Below, piece by piece: positions 1-9,381 of a DNA stretch of 64,000 nucleotides (position 1 is its first letter; each line of letters opens with the position of its first letter). A program made the position numbers and the translations under genes. The notes below the pieces were generated by a model, which worked only from the letters and a program-made list of their open reading frames with translations, was not told the DNA's origin and did no database searches. Source of the DNA: Bacilli bacterium (GTDB lineage Bacteria; Bacillota_I; Bacilli_A; ML615J-28; CAG-698); NCBI GenBank assembly GCA_041675865.1, contig JBAYTA010000001.1, forward strand, positions 6,332 through 70,331, written 5' to 3'.

Positions 1-1213
1 TAGAAGAATTACACCAAAATTTATTAAGAAACTATTTTCAAAAGAAAAAAGTGCTTTAAGTGCTTATTTACATGGCAATAATTTAATGGCTTCTTTTGGT
101 TTTCGCTATTTCGGACCAACTAATGGACATAAAATAAAAGAACTTATTAAGTTTTTAGAACATGCGAAAAAATCTAATTCATCAATAATCATTCACGTGA
201 AAACTTTAAAGGGTAAAGGATTTAAATACGCAGAAGAAGACCAACAAGGAATATGGCACGGAGTTGGACCTTTTAATCCTGAAACTGGTGAAATTAAGGC
301 TAAAGAAACCAATGGTTTTGTTAGTTGGAGTAATGGAATAGGTAATTTAATATTAGAAAAAGCAAAGCATAATTCTAAAATTAAAGTAATAACTCCAGCT
401 ATGGTTCAAGGTTCTGGACTTGCGAAATTTGCTGATGAATTGCCTAAACAATTAATTGATGTAGGAATTGCAGAAGAACATAGTGTTGTCATGGCTTCCG
501 CAATGTCCATAAACGGATTAATTCCTGTTGTATCAATTTATTCTACTTTCATGCAAAGAGCTTATGATCAAATAAACCATGATGTTGCAAGGATAAACTC
601 TCATGTTATATTTTTAGTAGATCGTTCTGGCATTGTAGGTGAAGATGGCGATACACATCAAGGAACATTTGATATTGCATTCTTATCTTCAATTCCAAAT
701 ATGGTAATCACTATGCCTAAAGATTTAGATGAAGCAAATAGTTTATTAGATTATGGACTTAATGATCATAATGGACCTTTTGTTATAAGATATCCAAGAG
801 GTAATACAAACAAAGTTAATATTACTAATAAAAAATTAGAACTTGGTAAATGGGATAAAATTATTGACAATAACAATAACTATTTGATTACCTATGGCCC
901 AGCAGTTGGTGATGCTAAAAAAATTATAAAAAATGATAATCTAAATATTGGTTTAATTAATGCAAGATTTATTAAACCTCTAGATTTAGTTTTGCTTAGA
1001 AGTTTAGAGAATAAAAATATAATTGTATATGAAGAAGTAACAAAATATGGTTCGCTTGCTTCACTTATATATCAAGCAAATAATGAATTTAATTTAAACT
1101 TAAAAATAACATCATGTGCAATTGATGATATTTTTGTAGAACAAGGAAAAACTGAATTAGTTAAAAAAGATTTAGGATTAGATATATTAGATATTTTAAA
1201 AAATGTTAAATAA
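1..1213 (+). CDS. dxs: 1-deoxy-D-xylulose-5-phosphate synthase, C-terminal part (5' end lies outside the window)
   Basis: The frame is open from nt 2 with no upstream stop. The translated 'FRYFGPTNGH..ELIKFLEHAK' region and the transketolase-like C-terminal domain resemble DXS. It is followed directly by recN, as in Bacillus. Confidence 0.8.
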   Translation, partial: RRITPKFIKKLFSKEKSALSAYLHGNNLMASFGFRYFGPTNGHKIKELIKFLEHAKKSNSSIIIHVKTLKGKGFKYAEEDQQGIWHGVGPFNPETGEIKAKETNGFVSWSNGIGNLILEKAKHNSKIKVITPAMVQGSGLAKFADELPKQLIDVGIAEEHSVVMASAMSINGLIPVVSIYSTFMQRAYDQINHDVARINSHVIFLVDRSGIVGEDGDTHQGTFDIAFLSSIPNMVITMPKDLDEANSLLDYGLNDHNGPFVIRYPRGNTNKVNITNKKLELGKWDKIIDNNNNYLITYGPAVGDAKKIIKNDNLNIGLINARFIKPLDLVLLRSLENKNIIVYEEVTKYGSLASLIYQANNEFNLNLKITSCAIDDIFVEQGKTELVKKDLGLDILDILKNVK

Positions 1214-1225
1214 AGGAATAGACGT

Positions 1226-2866
1226 ATGTTATTATCACTGTATGTACAAAACTTTGCAATAATAGATAATGTAGAAATTGATTTCAAAGATAATATGACA
1301 GTAATTACTGGTGAAACTGGTGCTGGTAAATCACTTATTATAGATGCTATTGGATTATTATTTGGTAATAGAGCTTCTAGTAATTTAGTTCGTTTTGGTG
1401 AAGATAAAGCTATTATAGAAGGTGTTTTTTCTTATGTTCCAAAAGAAGTACAAGAAATTATTAGTTGTGAAGAAGACGATGTTTTAATTATCAGAAGAGA
1501 AATTTATGCTAATGGAAAAAGTATTTGTAAAATTAATAATCAGAATGTGACATTGTCACAACTTGTAGAAATATCGGACTTAGTTGGTGATATTCATACT
1601 CAATTCGACACACAACGACTTTTCAATCCTAAAAATTATTTAAACTTTATTGATGATGAAGAAGTAAACAATCTTTTAATTCAATATAGAGATAATTTAA
1701 AAGTTTATAATGCAATAAATAAAGAGTATAAAGATCTTCTTAATAAAAGTAATACTGATTTACAAAGATTGGATTTTTTGAAATTTCAAATAAATGAAAT
1801 TGAAAATGCAAAACTTTCAGTATCTGAAGAAGAAGAACTTAAAACAAGAAGCAATTATTTAATGAATTATGAAAATATATTAAATAATTTAAAATTAATT
1901 GTTGATTTATATAATGATGAAAATACACTAGATAATATATATAATTCAATTAGCTATATTTCAAAATTGGAATCGTTCGAACCGAAGTATAAACAATACA
2001 AACAAACTATAGAAGATTCATACTATACTCTTACTGATGTTATTGATGAAATTTCAAAAGAATTAAAATTGCTTGATTTTGATGAAAATGAGTTAAATAG
2101 CATAAATGATAAATTAGGGATTTATTCTGATTTTAAAAGAAAATATAAAAAAACAACAGAAGAGATTATAATTTATTATAATGAGATTTTAAATGATGTA
2201 AATAATATTGAAAATTACGACGAAAATATTGAAAAATTAGAAAAAAAGTTAAAAGATGCCTATAATAAAACACTTGAGATTGCAAAAAATATACGTAATA
2301 AAAGAATTATTCTTGCAAAATCATTAGAAGAAAATATTATTTTAAACTTAAAAGATTTAAAGCTTAAGAATACTAAATTTGACATACTATTTAACGATTT
2401 AGAAAATATTAACTTTAAAGCAGATGGTATAGATGAAATTGACTTTTTAATATCATTCAATATTGGTGAACCTTTAAAACCTTTATCAAAGGTTGCAAGT
2501 GGTGGTGAGTTATCACGTTTTATGTTAACACTTAAAGTATTAGTAAGTGAAAAACTTAAATTACAAACTATTATTTTTGATGAAATTGATAATGGTGTTA
2601 GTGGTGAAATTGCTTATAGTATTGCAAATAAAATTCATACTATTTCGCAAAAAGTTCAAGTATTATGTGTAACCCATTTGCCACAAGTCGCAGCAATTGC
2701 AGATCAGCAAATCAATATCTCTAAAGCGATCATAAAAGATAGAACTATTACAAATACTAAAGAACTTGAATATGAAGAAAGAATTATCGAAATTGCTAAG
2801 ATGATTTCTAATGGTGAAGTTACTGATGCAAGTAAAAATTTATCAATTGAATTATTAAAAAAATAA
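1226..2866 (+). CDS. recN: DNA repair protein RecN
   Basis: The N-terminus reads 'MLLSLYVQNFAIIDNVEIDF' with a Walker A 'GETGAGKS'. It has an SMC-like coiled-coil middle and a C-terminal 'SGGELSRFMLTLK' signature and Walker B 'IIFDEIDNGVSG'. An 'AAGGAA' RBS precedes the ATG. Confidence 0.9.
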   Translation: MLLSLYVQNFAIIDNVEIDFKDNMTVITGETGAGKSLIIDAIGLLFGNRASSNLVRFGEDKAIIEGVFSYVPKEVQEIISCEEDDVLIIRREIYANGKSICKINNQNVTLSQLVEISDLVGDIHTQFDTQRLFNPKNYLNFIDDEEVNNLLIQYRDNLKVYNAINKEYKDLLNKSNTDLQRLDFLKFQINEIENAKLSVSEEEELKTRSNYLMNYENILNNLKLIVDLYNDENTLDNIYNSISYISKLESFEPKYKQYKQTIEDSYYTLTDVIDEISKELKLLDFDENELNSINDKLGIYSDFKRKYKKTTEEIIIYYNEILNDVNNIENYDENIEKLEKKLKDAYNKTLEIAKNIRNKRIILAKSLEENIILNLKDLKLKNTKFDILFNDLENINFKADGIDEIDFLISFNIGEPLKPLSKVASGGELSRFMLTLKVLVSEKLKLQTIIFDEIDNGVSGEIAYSIANKIHTISQKVQVLCVTHLPQVAAIADQQINISKAIIKDRTITNTKELEYEERIIEIAKMISNGEVTDASKNLSIELLKK

Positions 2867-2898
2867 GCACTTCCAATTTTTAAAAGTGCTTTTTTTTA
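2866..2898 (+). terminator. rho-independent terminator after recN
   Basis: An AAGCACTT/AAGTGCTT stem is followed by a run of eight T. Confidence 0.6.
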
Positions 2899-2957
2899 TC
2901 TAAAAATTACAAATAATAATGATGTAGCCAAAAAAGGAGGTAATTTTTATCAAAATT

Positions 2958-3953
2958 TTGAAAAGATTTTTATTGAGTTTATGTTTGCTATTTGTAATTT
3001 TATTTGTCAGTACCACATCGTTATACGCACAAGAATTTAATATTTATGTCATTCCTGGTGGTGACTCTATCGGGTTACAATTAAACACCGGAATTGTGAT
3101 TACTGGTAAGTACGATGTAAAAACAAAAAACGGTGAAGCATCACCATGGTCTAAAAGCGATATAGAAGTCGGAGATAAAATCTTAGAAGTCAATAATCAA
3201 GTTGTTAATAAAATAGGAGATTTACAGAAGATTATTTCTAATATAAAGAGTGATCAAGACGTTCTCATGAAGTTAAAAAGAGAAAATACTTTGATTATGA
3301 CTACATGTAAGGTTGTTAAATCTGACAATGATAAAATGTCATTAGGCTTATATGTAAAAGATGAGATAATGGGTGTTGGTACCATGACTTTCATCAAAAC
3401 AAACAAAAATACTTATGCTGCTTTAGGTCATTCAGTTATACCTGATGAATTAAATGGCAAAAGTTTAGGAACAATTACAGCATCAACTATTCGTGGAATT
3501 AGGAAATCATTACCTGGTGTTCCAGGTGAAAAACAAGCTACATTATCAACAGTATCGATTGGGTCAATTGAAAGAAATACTCAAATAGGTATCTTTGGTA
3601 AAGTAAATAATATAAATGATTTCTCCAATGAAAAGAAAATGAAAATTGCATCCCCAAATGAAGTAGTACTTGGTGATGCAGAAATTTGGACAGTTATTGA
3701 TGGTTCAAAAAAAGAAGTATATACAGTAAAAGTAGTTGACTTAAAGAAACAAACTAGTACAGGTATTAAAGGTATTAAAATTAAAATTACAGATGCAAGA
3801 CTATTAGAAACTACAGGTGGTATAATACAAGGCATGAGTGGCAGTCCAATAATTCAAAATGGAAAAATAATTGGTGCTGTATCGCATGTTGTTGTTGATT
3901 CTCCTGAATATGGTTACGGTGTATACGCGATGTGGATGTATAATGCTTTCTAA
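2958..3953 (+). CDS. spoIVB: stage IV sporulation protein B, SpoIVB (S55) serine peptidase
   Basis: It has an N-terminal signal anchor, a PDZ-like region and the SpoIVB peptidase motif 'IQGMSGSPII..GAVSHV'. It sits between recN and spo0A. The start is probably the TTG at 2958, but the exact start is uncertain. Confidence 0.85.
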   Translation: MKRFLLSLCLLFVILFVSTTSLYAQEFNIYVIPGGDSIGLQLNTGIVITGKYDVKTKNGEASPWSKSDIEVGDKILEVNNQVVNKIGDLQKIISNIKSDQDVLMKLKRENTLIMTTCKVVKSDNDKMSLGLYVKDEIMGVGTMTFIKTNKNTYAALGHSVIPDELNGKSLGTITASTIRGIRKSLPGVPGEKQATLSTVSIGSIERNTQIGIFGKVNNINDFSNEKKMKIASPNEVVLGDAEIWTVIDGSKKEVYTVKVVDLKKQTSTGIKGIKIKITDARLLETTGGIIQGMSGSPIIQNGKIIGAVSHVVVDSPEYGYGVYAMWMYNAF

Positions 3954-3960
3954 TTTGGCT

Positions 3961-3990
3961 AAAAAAAAGGGCTTTTAAGCCCTTAATTTA
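3961..3990. terminator. bidirectional hairpin terminator between convergent spoIVB and the small HTH gene
   Basis: An AAGGGCTT-tt-AAGCCCTT stem is flanked by an A-run upstream and T-rich sequence downstream. Confidence 0.55.
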
Positions 3991-3992
3991 GA

Positions 3993-4175
3993 TTATTTAA
4001 CTTTTGGTTCCCATTTACATCTAATAGGAGAAACAATCTTCTCTTCTTTCTTTAGAGCATTGAAAGCTTTATCTACAACTTTTCTATCTAAGCCTGTTGC
4101 AGTTGCAACTTCACCAGCTGTTATTGGTTTATTTGCTTCTTTCATTGCTTGTAGAATTTTGTCATTAATTTCCAT
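3993..4175 (-). CDS. small (60 aa) winged-helix/HTH DNA-binding protein
   Basis: 'PITAGEVATATGLDRKVVDKAFNALKK' is a typical HTH recognition-helix pattern. The gene is convergent to spoIVB and sits between spoIVB and spo0A. Confidence 0.5.
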   Translation of the reverse strand: MEINDKILQAMKEANKPITAGEVATATGLDRKVVDKAFNALKKEEKIVSPIRCKWEPKVK

Positions 4176-4282
4176 AATAATACCTCCATTACTATATTAT
4201 TATAGCATATTCTTCATAAATTTTATATTTTTTTATAAAGTATATTAATTGTGCCAAAACACGCATACAATATTCTACATTT

Positions 4283-4322
4283 TTCGACAAAACCGTGTAA
4301 AAATTCAAGATACGATGTCGAA
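4283..4322. promoter_or_regulatory. Spo0A-binding (0A) boxes in the spo0A promoter region
   Basis: A TTCGACA at 4283-4289 (reverse orientation) and a TGTCGAA at 4316-4322 lie next to a TTTGACA -35-like element. Both sit 120-150 bp upstream of the spo0A ATG, which fits the known autoregulation of spo0A. Confidence 0.45.
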
Positions 4323-4438
4323 ATTTGACAAATTCAAAAAATTATTTTATAAAAAAAAGGTAAATTTCCAAATTTTTCTTGAAAAATCTAAATCAATAGT
4401 GTAAATTAGAGTTACCTATATGGTGGAGGAGAAAAATT

Positions 4439-5254
4439 ATGAATAGTTTAAAGGTTATCATTGCTGATGACGGTAAAGAACTAGTCCAAGCAATGCAGGA
4501 CTTCTTTAGCGATAAAGAAGAGATTCAAGTTGTTGGTGTACACAATGATGGTGTTACTTTACTTAACACACTTCGTGTTACACAAGTCGATTTACTTATA
4601 CTGGATATTTTCATGCCAAACTTAGATGGGGTAAAAGTGTTACAAGAATTGAATTCCAGAAGAGACCGCTACAAAGTACCAAAAACTATCATTGCAGTAA
4701 CAGCTTTTTCAAATGAAAAAATTATGAATAGTGTTGCTGAATTAGGTGCAGATTACTTTGTTGTAAAACCTATTAACTTTACACATTTATTTGAAACTAT
4801 TAAAGATTTACACGAAAAGAAAAACGAAAAGAACCAAACCAAAACTCAGAGTGCATACAGTTTTAATAATAAAACTGATCTTGACACAGAAATTACAACA
4901 TTACTACATGAGATAGGAGTTCCAGCACACATAAGAGGATACCTTTATATCCGCGAAGCCATTACAATGGTTTATCATAATCTTGAAATTCTGGGCAATA
5001 TTACAAAGATATTATACCCAGAGGTAGCTAGAAAATTTAATACAACATCATCTAGAGTTGAAAGGGCAATTCGTCATGCAATAGAAGTTGCCTGGGTTAG
5101 AGGAAATATCGATGCAATAAGCGATATATTTAGTTATACTATAAGTTATCATAAATCTAAGCCAACAAACTCAGAATTTATAGCAATGATTGCTGATCGT
5201 TTACGTCTATTACATAAGCGAGAAAAACGAGAAGTGTTAACTAGAGTTGTATAA
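4439..5254 (+). CDS. spo0A: sporulation master response regulator Spo0A
   Basis: It has a receiver domain with the phospho-acceptor Asp in '[13 protein letters not shown]'. The C-terminal Spo0A-specific DNA-binding domain reads '[34 protein letters not shown]'. A GGAGGAG RBS precedes the ATG. Confidence 0.95.
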   Translation: MNSLKVIIADDGKELVQAMQDFFSDKEEIQVVGVHNDGVTLLNTLRVTQVDLLILDIFMPNLDGVKVLQELNSRRDRYKVPKTIIAVTAFSNEKIMNSVAELGADYFVVKPINFTHLFETIKDLHEKKNEKNQTKTQSAYSFNNKTDLDTEITTLLHEIGVPAHIRGYLYIREAITMVYHNLEILGNITKILYPEVARKFNTTSSRVERAIRHAIEVAWVRGNIDAISDIFSYTISYHKSKPTNSEFIAMIADRLRLLHKREKREVLTRVV

Positions 5255-5277
5255 TTTTGAGTATTATATAGATTAAA

Positions 5278-5306
5278 AGACTAAAAATAAATTTAGTCTT
5301 TTTTTA
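5278..5306 (+). terminator. rho-independent terminator after spo0A
   Basis: An AAGACTAAA/TTTAGTCTT stem is followed by TTTTT. A second hairpin at 5315-5333 serves the convergent minus-strand gene. Confidence 0.6.
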
Positions 5307-5336
5307 TAAAAAAAAACACAAATAAATTGTGTTTGC

Positions 5337-5555
5337 TTATTTACTAGATACTTCAACTATTAATAATATTAATGAAACTAAACTAAGAACAGTCATACCT
5401 ATAACAATCAAGTAAACAAAGATTTTTCCTAGTAGACTTTTTGAAGGATCTTTTAATTCAACTTCTACAGAATTGTCTAATTTTACTTTTGTTTTTAAAA
5501 GTGGTGTTCTTTCTTTTTTATTTGTTTTTTTGTTTTCTTTTTTCACTATTTTCAC
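5337..5555 (-). CDS. small Lys-rich single-pass membrane protein (hypothetical)
   Basis: A 72-aa ORF with a basic N-terminus and one C-terminal transmembrane helix. It has its own terminator hairpin. Confidence 0.4.
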   Translation of the reverse strand: MKIVKKENKKTNKKERTPLLKTKVKLDNSVEVELKDPSKSLLGKIFVYLIVIGMTVLSLVSLILLIVEVSSK

Positions 5556-5625
5556 CTCAAAATATGTTATAATTATAGATATGTATTATTATAACATAAG
5601 TTATTAGAAAAAGGAATGAAAAAAT

Positions 5626-6828
5626 ATGAATTCTTCGAAAATAATCTTTCATATTGATATGAATGCATTTTTTGCTTCTGTTGAAACTGCATTAAATCCT
5701 AATTTGAAAGATAAACCGATAGTTGTTGCGCATAATGATCCATTATATCGAGGTATTATTTTGTCGCCAAATTATGAAGCTAGAAAATATGGAATTAGAA
5801 CAACCATGCTTGTTAAAGAAGCAATGTTATTATGTAATAATTTAATAATAGTTGAACCTAAGATGGAAAAATATAAAGAATATTCAAATAAGTTCTTTGA
5901 GTATTTATATACTATTACAGATATTATAGAAATTGCTTCAATAGATGAAGCTTATATGGATGTAACAGAAAAGTTTAAACAAATCCACCCAATTGATTTA
6001 GCAAATCTTATTCAAAGGAAACTTTATAATGATTTCAAACTTCCGTCTAGTATTGGAATTGCTCCAAATAAATTTCTTGCAAAAATGGCATCAGATTTAA
6101 AAAAACCAATGGGTATAACTGTTTTAAGAAAAAGAGAAATTGATAAATACTTATGGCCACTTTCAATTGATAAGATGTTTGGGGTCGGAAAGAAAACAAA
6201 ACCTAAATTAGAAGAAATAGGAATTAAGACCATAGGAGATCTTGCAAACTTTAAAGATTTTGAATTATTAAAAAACACTGTTGGTGATTTAACGGCTAAT
6301 AGTTTGTATGAACATGCAAATGGAAATGATAATTCTATAGTTGATGTAAATAGTTATAGCGAATCACAATCTGTTAGCAATTCTCATACATTTGATAATA
6401 ATGTATTTGATCCTGAATATGCGAAAAAAACTTTAAAGGTTATTGCAAATACAGTAAGTTATAGATTAAAGAAAGAAAATAAAAAAGCACTAACAATTGG
6501 TTTGATCTTAAAATATTCAAACTTCAAACAAATTAATAGAAGTACAGGATTAGAGATAGCTACAAATAACGATAAAGAGATTTATGATATTGTAGAAGAC
6601 ATATTTGATGAGTATTTTACTCAAGGTGATATGATAAGATTAGTTGGAATATTTGCATCTAGATTAGAAAATGCAAATGATGAAGTAAAACAATATTCAA
6701 TTTTTGATGATCCAGAAGTTATTAATAAAGAAGATGGAATTAACAGATTATTAAATAATTTAAAATCAGAATTTGGGCAAAATAGTATAAACTTAGGATA
6801 TTATAATTATAAAGCAAAGGATGAATAA
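5626..6828 (+). CDS. dinB: DNA polymerase IV (Y-family)
   Basis: 'IFHIDMNAFFASVE' is the catalytic DxD/F motif of Y-family polymerases. The full UmuC-like palm/fingers and little-finger layout is present. Confidence 0.9.
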   Translation: MNSSKIIFHIDMNAFFASVETALNPNLKDKPIVVAHNDPLYRGIILSPNYEARKYGIRTTMLVKEAMLLCNNLIIVEPKMEKYKEYSNKFFEYLYTITDIIEIASIDEAYMDVTEKFKQIHPIDLANLIQRKLYNDFKLPSSIGIAPNKFLAKMASDLKKPMGITVLRKREIDKYLWPLSIDKMFGVGKKTKPKLEEIGIKTIGDLANFKDFELLKNTVGDLTANSLYEHANGNDNSIVDVNSYSESQSVSNSHTFDNNVFDPEYAKKTLKVIANTVSYRLKKENKKALTIGLILKYSNFKQINRSTGLEIATNNDKEIYDIVEDIFDEYFTQGDMIRLVGIFASRLENANDEVKQYSIFDDPEVINKEDGINRLLNNLKSEFGQNSINLGYYNYKAKDE

Positions 6829-6831
6829 AAA

Positions 6832-7680
6832 ATGCAAACAAAACTAGGACAAGTACAAAAATTTAAAGTACTAAGAGAAACACAAATAGGTTATATGTTA
6901 ACTATTACTGGAGAAGATGAATATTTTCTTCATAAAAATGAAACTGATTTTAGACATTTAACTGAAGGAGAGGAAGTAAACGGATTTTTATATAGTGATA
7001 AGAAAGCAAGAATTGCAGTTACATTAGTAACACCTAATGTAACTATCGATAAACCAGGTTTCACTAAAGTAATTGAAGTAAACAATTCACTTGGAGCATT
7101 TTTAGATATTGGTATTAGTAAAGATATCTTACTGTCAAAGGATGATCTGCCGATTGATTATAATGAATGGCCAATTGAAGGCGATGTGTTACTATGTATA
7201 TTAAGAGTTAAAGGTGATAGATTAATTTCTAAGATGCTTAATAAAAATGAAATCTTGGATTTAAATCTTCATTTTGAATTACCTTTAAATCAAAAAGTTA
7301 TTGGTTATGTTTATAGAATTACAGAAGATGGTATTAATATTGTTACTAAAAACTATAATATAGTTTTCGTCTATAAAACAAACATGCGTAAAAAGTATCG
7401 TTTGGGTGAAGAGGTTAATGTTAGGATTATTAAAAAAAATATTGATGATTACACTGGTACTTTATTTGATTCTAAGGAAGAGGTAATTAAAGAAGATTCT
7501 AAAAAGATTTTAGATTATTTAAATAAGAATAATGGTATAATGTCTATTACTGAAAAATCAGATCCAACTGTTATATATAAAGTATTTGGAATGAGTAAAA
7601 ATGCATTTAAAAATGCTCTTGGGTCTTTATATAAAGCTAAGCAAATTGAGATGGATGACGAAAAGGTTGTTTTATTGTAG
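6832..7680 (+). CDS. CvfB/YitL-family S1-domain RNA-binding protein
   Basis: Repeated S1-like barrels and a C-terminal winged-helix, 282 aa. It is translationally coupled 3 nt after dinB. Confidence 0.65.
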   Translation: MQTKLGQVQKFKVLRETQIGYMLTITGEDEYFLHKNETDFRHLTEGEEVNGFLYSDKKARIAVTLVTPNVTIDKPGFTKVIEVNNSLGAFLDIGISKDILLSKDDLPIDYNEWPIEGDVLLCILRVKGDRLISKMLNKNEILDLNLHFELPLNQKVIGYVYRITEDGINIVTKNYNIVFVYKTNMRKKYRLGEEVNVRIIKKNIDDYTGTLFDSKEEVIKEDSKKILDYLNKNNGIMSITEKSDPTVIYKVFGMSKNAFKNALGSLYKAKQIEMDDEKVVLL

Positions 7681-7829
7681 AAAAATGACAATGTCATTTT
7701 ATACAAAATTAGACAATAAATTATATCATCGACAAGATATGACTATATTTAATGTTTTTTGAACTTGATTTTATTGATTCGATAAATTTTTATTATTGAT
7801 TTATCATAATTTAAAATATGTGAAAAATC

Positions 7830-7858
7830 TTGACTTTCCTTTTGTTTTAGGTTAATAT
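7830..7858 (+). promoter_or_regulatory. sigma-A promoter for the hisS-aspS leader
   Basis: TTGACT (7830-7835), a 17-nt spacer, then TAATAT (7853-7858). Confidence 0.55.
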
Positions 7859-7865
7859 AGTAATA

Positions 7866-8095
7866 TCTATTTTAATAAATCGTTAAGGTAAGAATAGTAA
7901 TTAATTTGTTTTAAGTTAAAGCGAAAAGTGGTTGGTGAGAGCACTTACTTAAATATTAATGAAGGACACTTGCTTAGATTCCACCTAGGACGTAAATCTT
8001 GCGTTAAAGATTAAAGTGCATCATTTTGATGAAGTAAGGTGGTACCACGGATTAACAAATTCGTCCTTAAGATTTTTTCTTAAGGACTTTTATTT
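7866..8095 (+). promoter_or_regulatory. T-box riboswitch leader (tRNA-sensing transcription attenuator) of hisS-aspS
   Basis: The conserved T-box sequence 'AAGGTGGTACCACGG' lies at 8036-8050. It is followed by the terminator hairpin GTCCTTAAG..CTTAAGGAC plus TTTT at 8063-8092. A candidate specifier region 'GAAGGACAC' is at 7961-7969. Confidence 0.8.
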
Positions 8096-8118
8096 AAATT
8101 TAAATTAAGGAGATCAAT

Positions 8119-9381
8119 ATGTATCAAAAAGTAAAGGGAACTTTGGATTTTTATGATGAGAGTGCGATTAAGTATCGTTATTTAGAATCTGTTATATCTA
8201 AGGTTATTAAAAATTATGGTTATACTGAAGTTATTACACCAATTTTTGAAAATACAGAAATTTTTGTTAGAACATCTGGTGAAGAATCAGATATTGTAAC
8301 TAAAGAAATGTATACATTTTTAGATAAAGGCAAAAGAAGTATTACTTTAAGACCAGAAGGAACAGCTGGGGTTGTTAGAAGCTTTTTAGAGAATAAAATG
8401 TATGCAAATACAACTCTTACAAAACTGTATTATTTTGGTCCAATGTTTCGCTATGAAAGACCACAAACAGGTAGATACCGTCAATTTACACAATTTGGTG
8501 TAGAAGCTTTTGGTGCATCTTCACCTTTACTTGATGCAGATGTAATTATTAGCGCTTATCAAATTTTTAAATCTTTAGGAATCGATAACTTAAAATTAAA
8601 AATTAATACAATTGGTGATTTCACTTCTAGAAATAATTATGTTGATGTTTTACAAGATTATTTTAGGAAAGACATTGATAAACTATGTAGCGATTGTAAT
8701 AATAGATTAGAAAAAAATCCTTTAAGGATTTTAGATTGTAAAATTGATAGTGATAATCCAATAATTAAATCGGCTCCAAAAATTTCAGATTCCTTAACAC
8801 AAGAAGCAAAAGATTATTTTAAGGAAGTTTTAAAAGCTCTTGACTATAATAATATCAATTATTTTGTAGATGAAAATCTAGTTAGAGGACTTGATTATTA
8901 TACAGACACTGTCTTTGAATTTATAATTGAAAGTGATGATAATCTAAATGGTCTTGCAATTTGTGGTGGTGGAAAATACTCTGATATGGTTAAATCATTT
9001 GGAGGTCCAGATATTCCAGGAATTGGATATGCTTTTGGAATAGAAAGAGTTATCTCTATCATGGATCAAAAAGGTCTTTTTCCTAATTTAGATAAAGCTG
9101 CAGATGTTGTGTTAATTGCATTAGATGAAGAATCAAAATTATATAGTTTAAATCTTGCAAATAAATTACGAATGAATGGTTATTATGCAGATATAGATTA
9201 TTTTAATACTACTATGAAGCAACAATTTAAATTGAGTGATCGTTTGAATGCAAAATTCATTATAATAATTGGTGAAGAAGAGTTAGCAAATAATTCTCTA
9301 ACTATTAAAAACACTAAAACAAAAGAACAAATTACAATAAAAGAATATATGTTATTAGAATATTTAAAGGAGAAGATCTAA
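8119..9381 (+). CDS. hisS: histidine--tRNA ligase
   Basis: Class II aaRS motifs 'RPEGTAGVVR' and 'YYFGPMFRYERPQTGRYRQF', plus the HisRS anticodon-binding C-terminus. Confidence 0.95.
   Translation: MYQKVKGTLDFYDESAIKYRYLESVISKVIKNYGYTEVITPIFENTEIFVRTSGEESDIVTKEMYTFLDKGKRSITLRPEGTAGVVRSFLENKMYANTTLTKLYYFGPMFRYERPQTGRYRQFTQFGVEAFGASSPLLDADVIISAYQIFKSLGIDNLKLKINTIGDFTSRNNYVDVLQDYFRKDIDKLCSDCNNRLEKNPLRILDCKIDSDNPIIKSAPKISDSLTQEAKDYFKEVLKALDYNNINYFVDENLVRGLDYYTDTVFEFIIESDDNLNGLAICGGGKYSDMVKSFGGPDIPGIGYAFGIERVISIMDQKGLFPNLDKAADVVLIALDEESKLYSLNLANKLRMNGYYADIDYFNTTMKQQFKLSDRLNAKFIIIIGEEELANNSLTIKNTKTKEQITIKEYMLLEYLKEKI

Noticed and set aside
1072-1287. Other short antisense or overlapping ORFs from the track (1072-1287, 2260-2460, 3581-3835, 4060-4248, 6024-6278, 7515-7706, 15434-15697, 15986-16237, 21000-21188, 25038-25322, 26232-26423, 28418-28621, 29548-29736, 30461-30643, 32495-32758, 41180-41380, 50041-50235)
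   Set aside because: Each lies within or antisense to a larger conserved gene. AT-rich antisense frames commonly stay open for 60-90 codons. None has an RBS or recognisable motifs.
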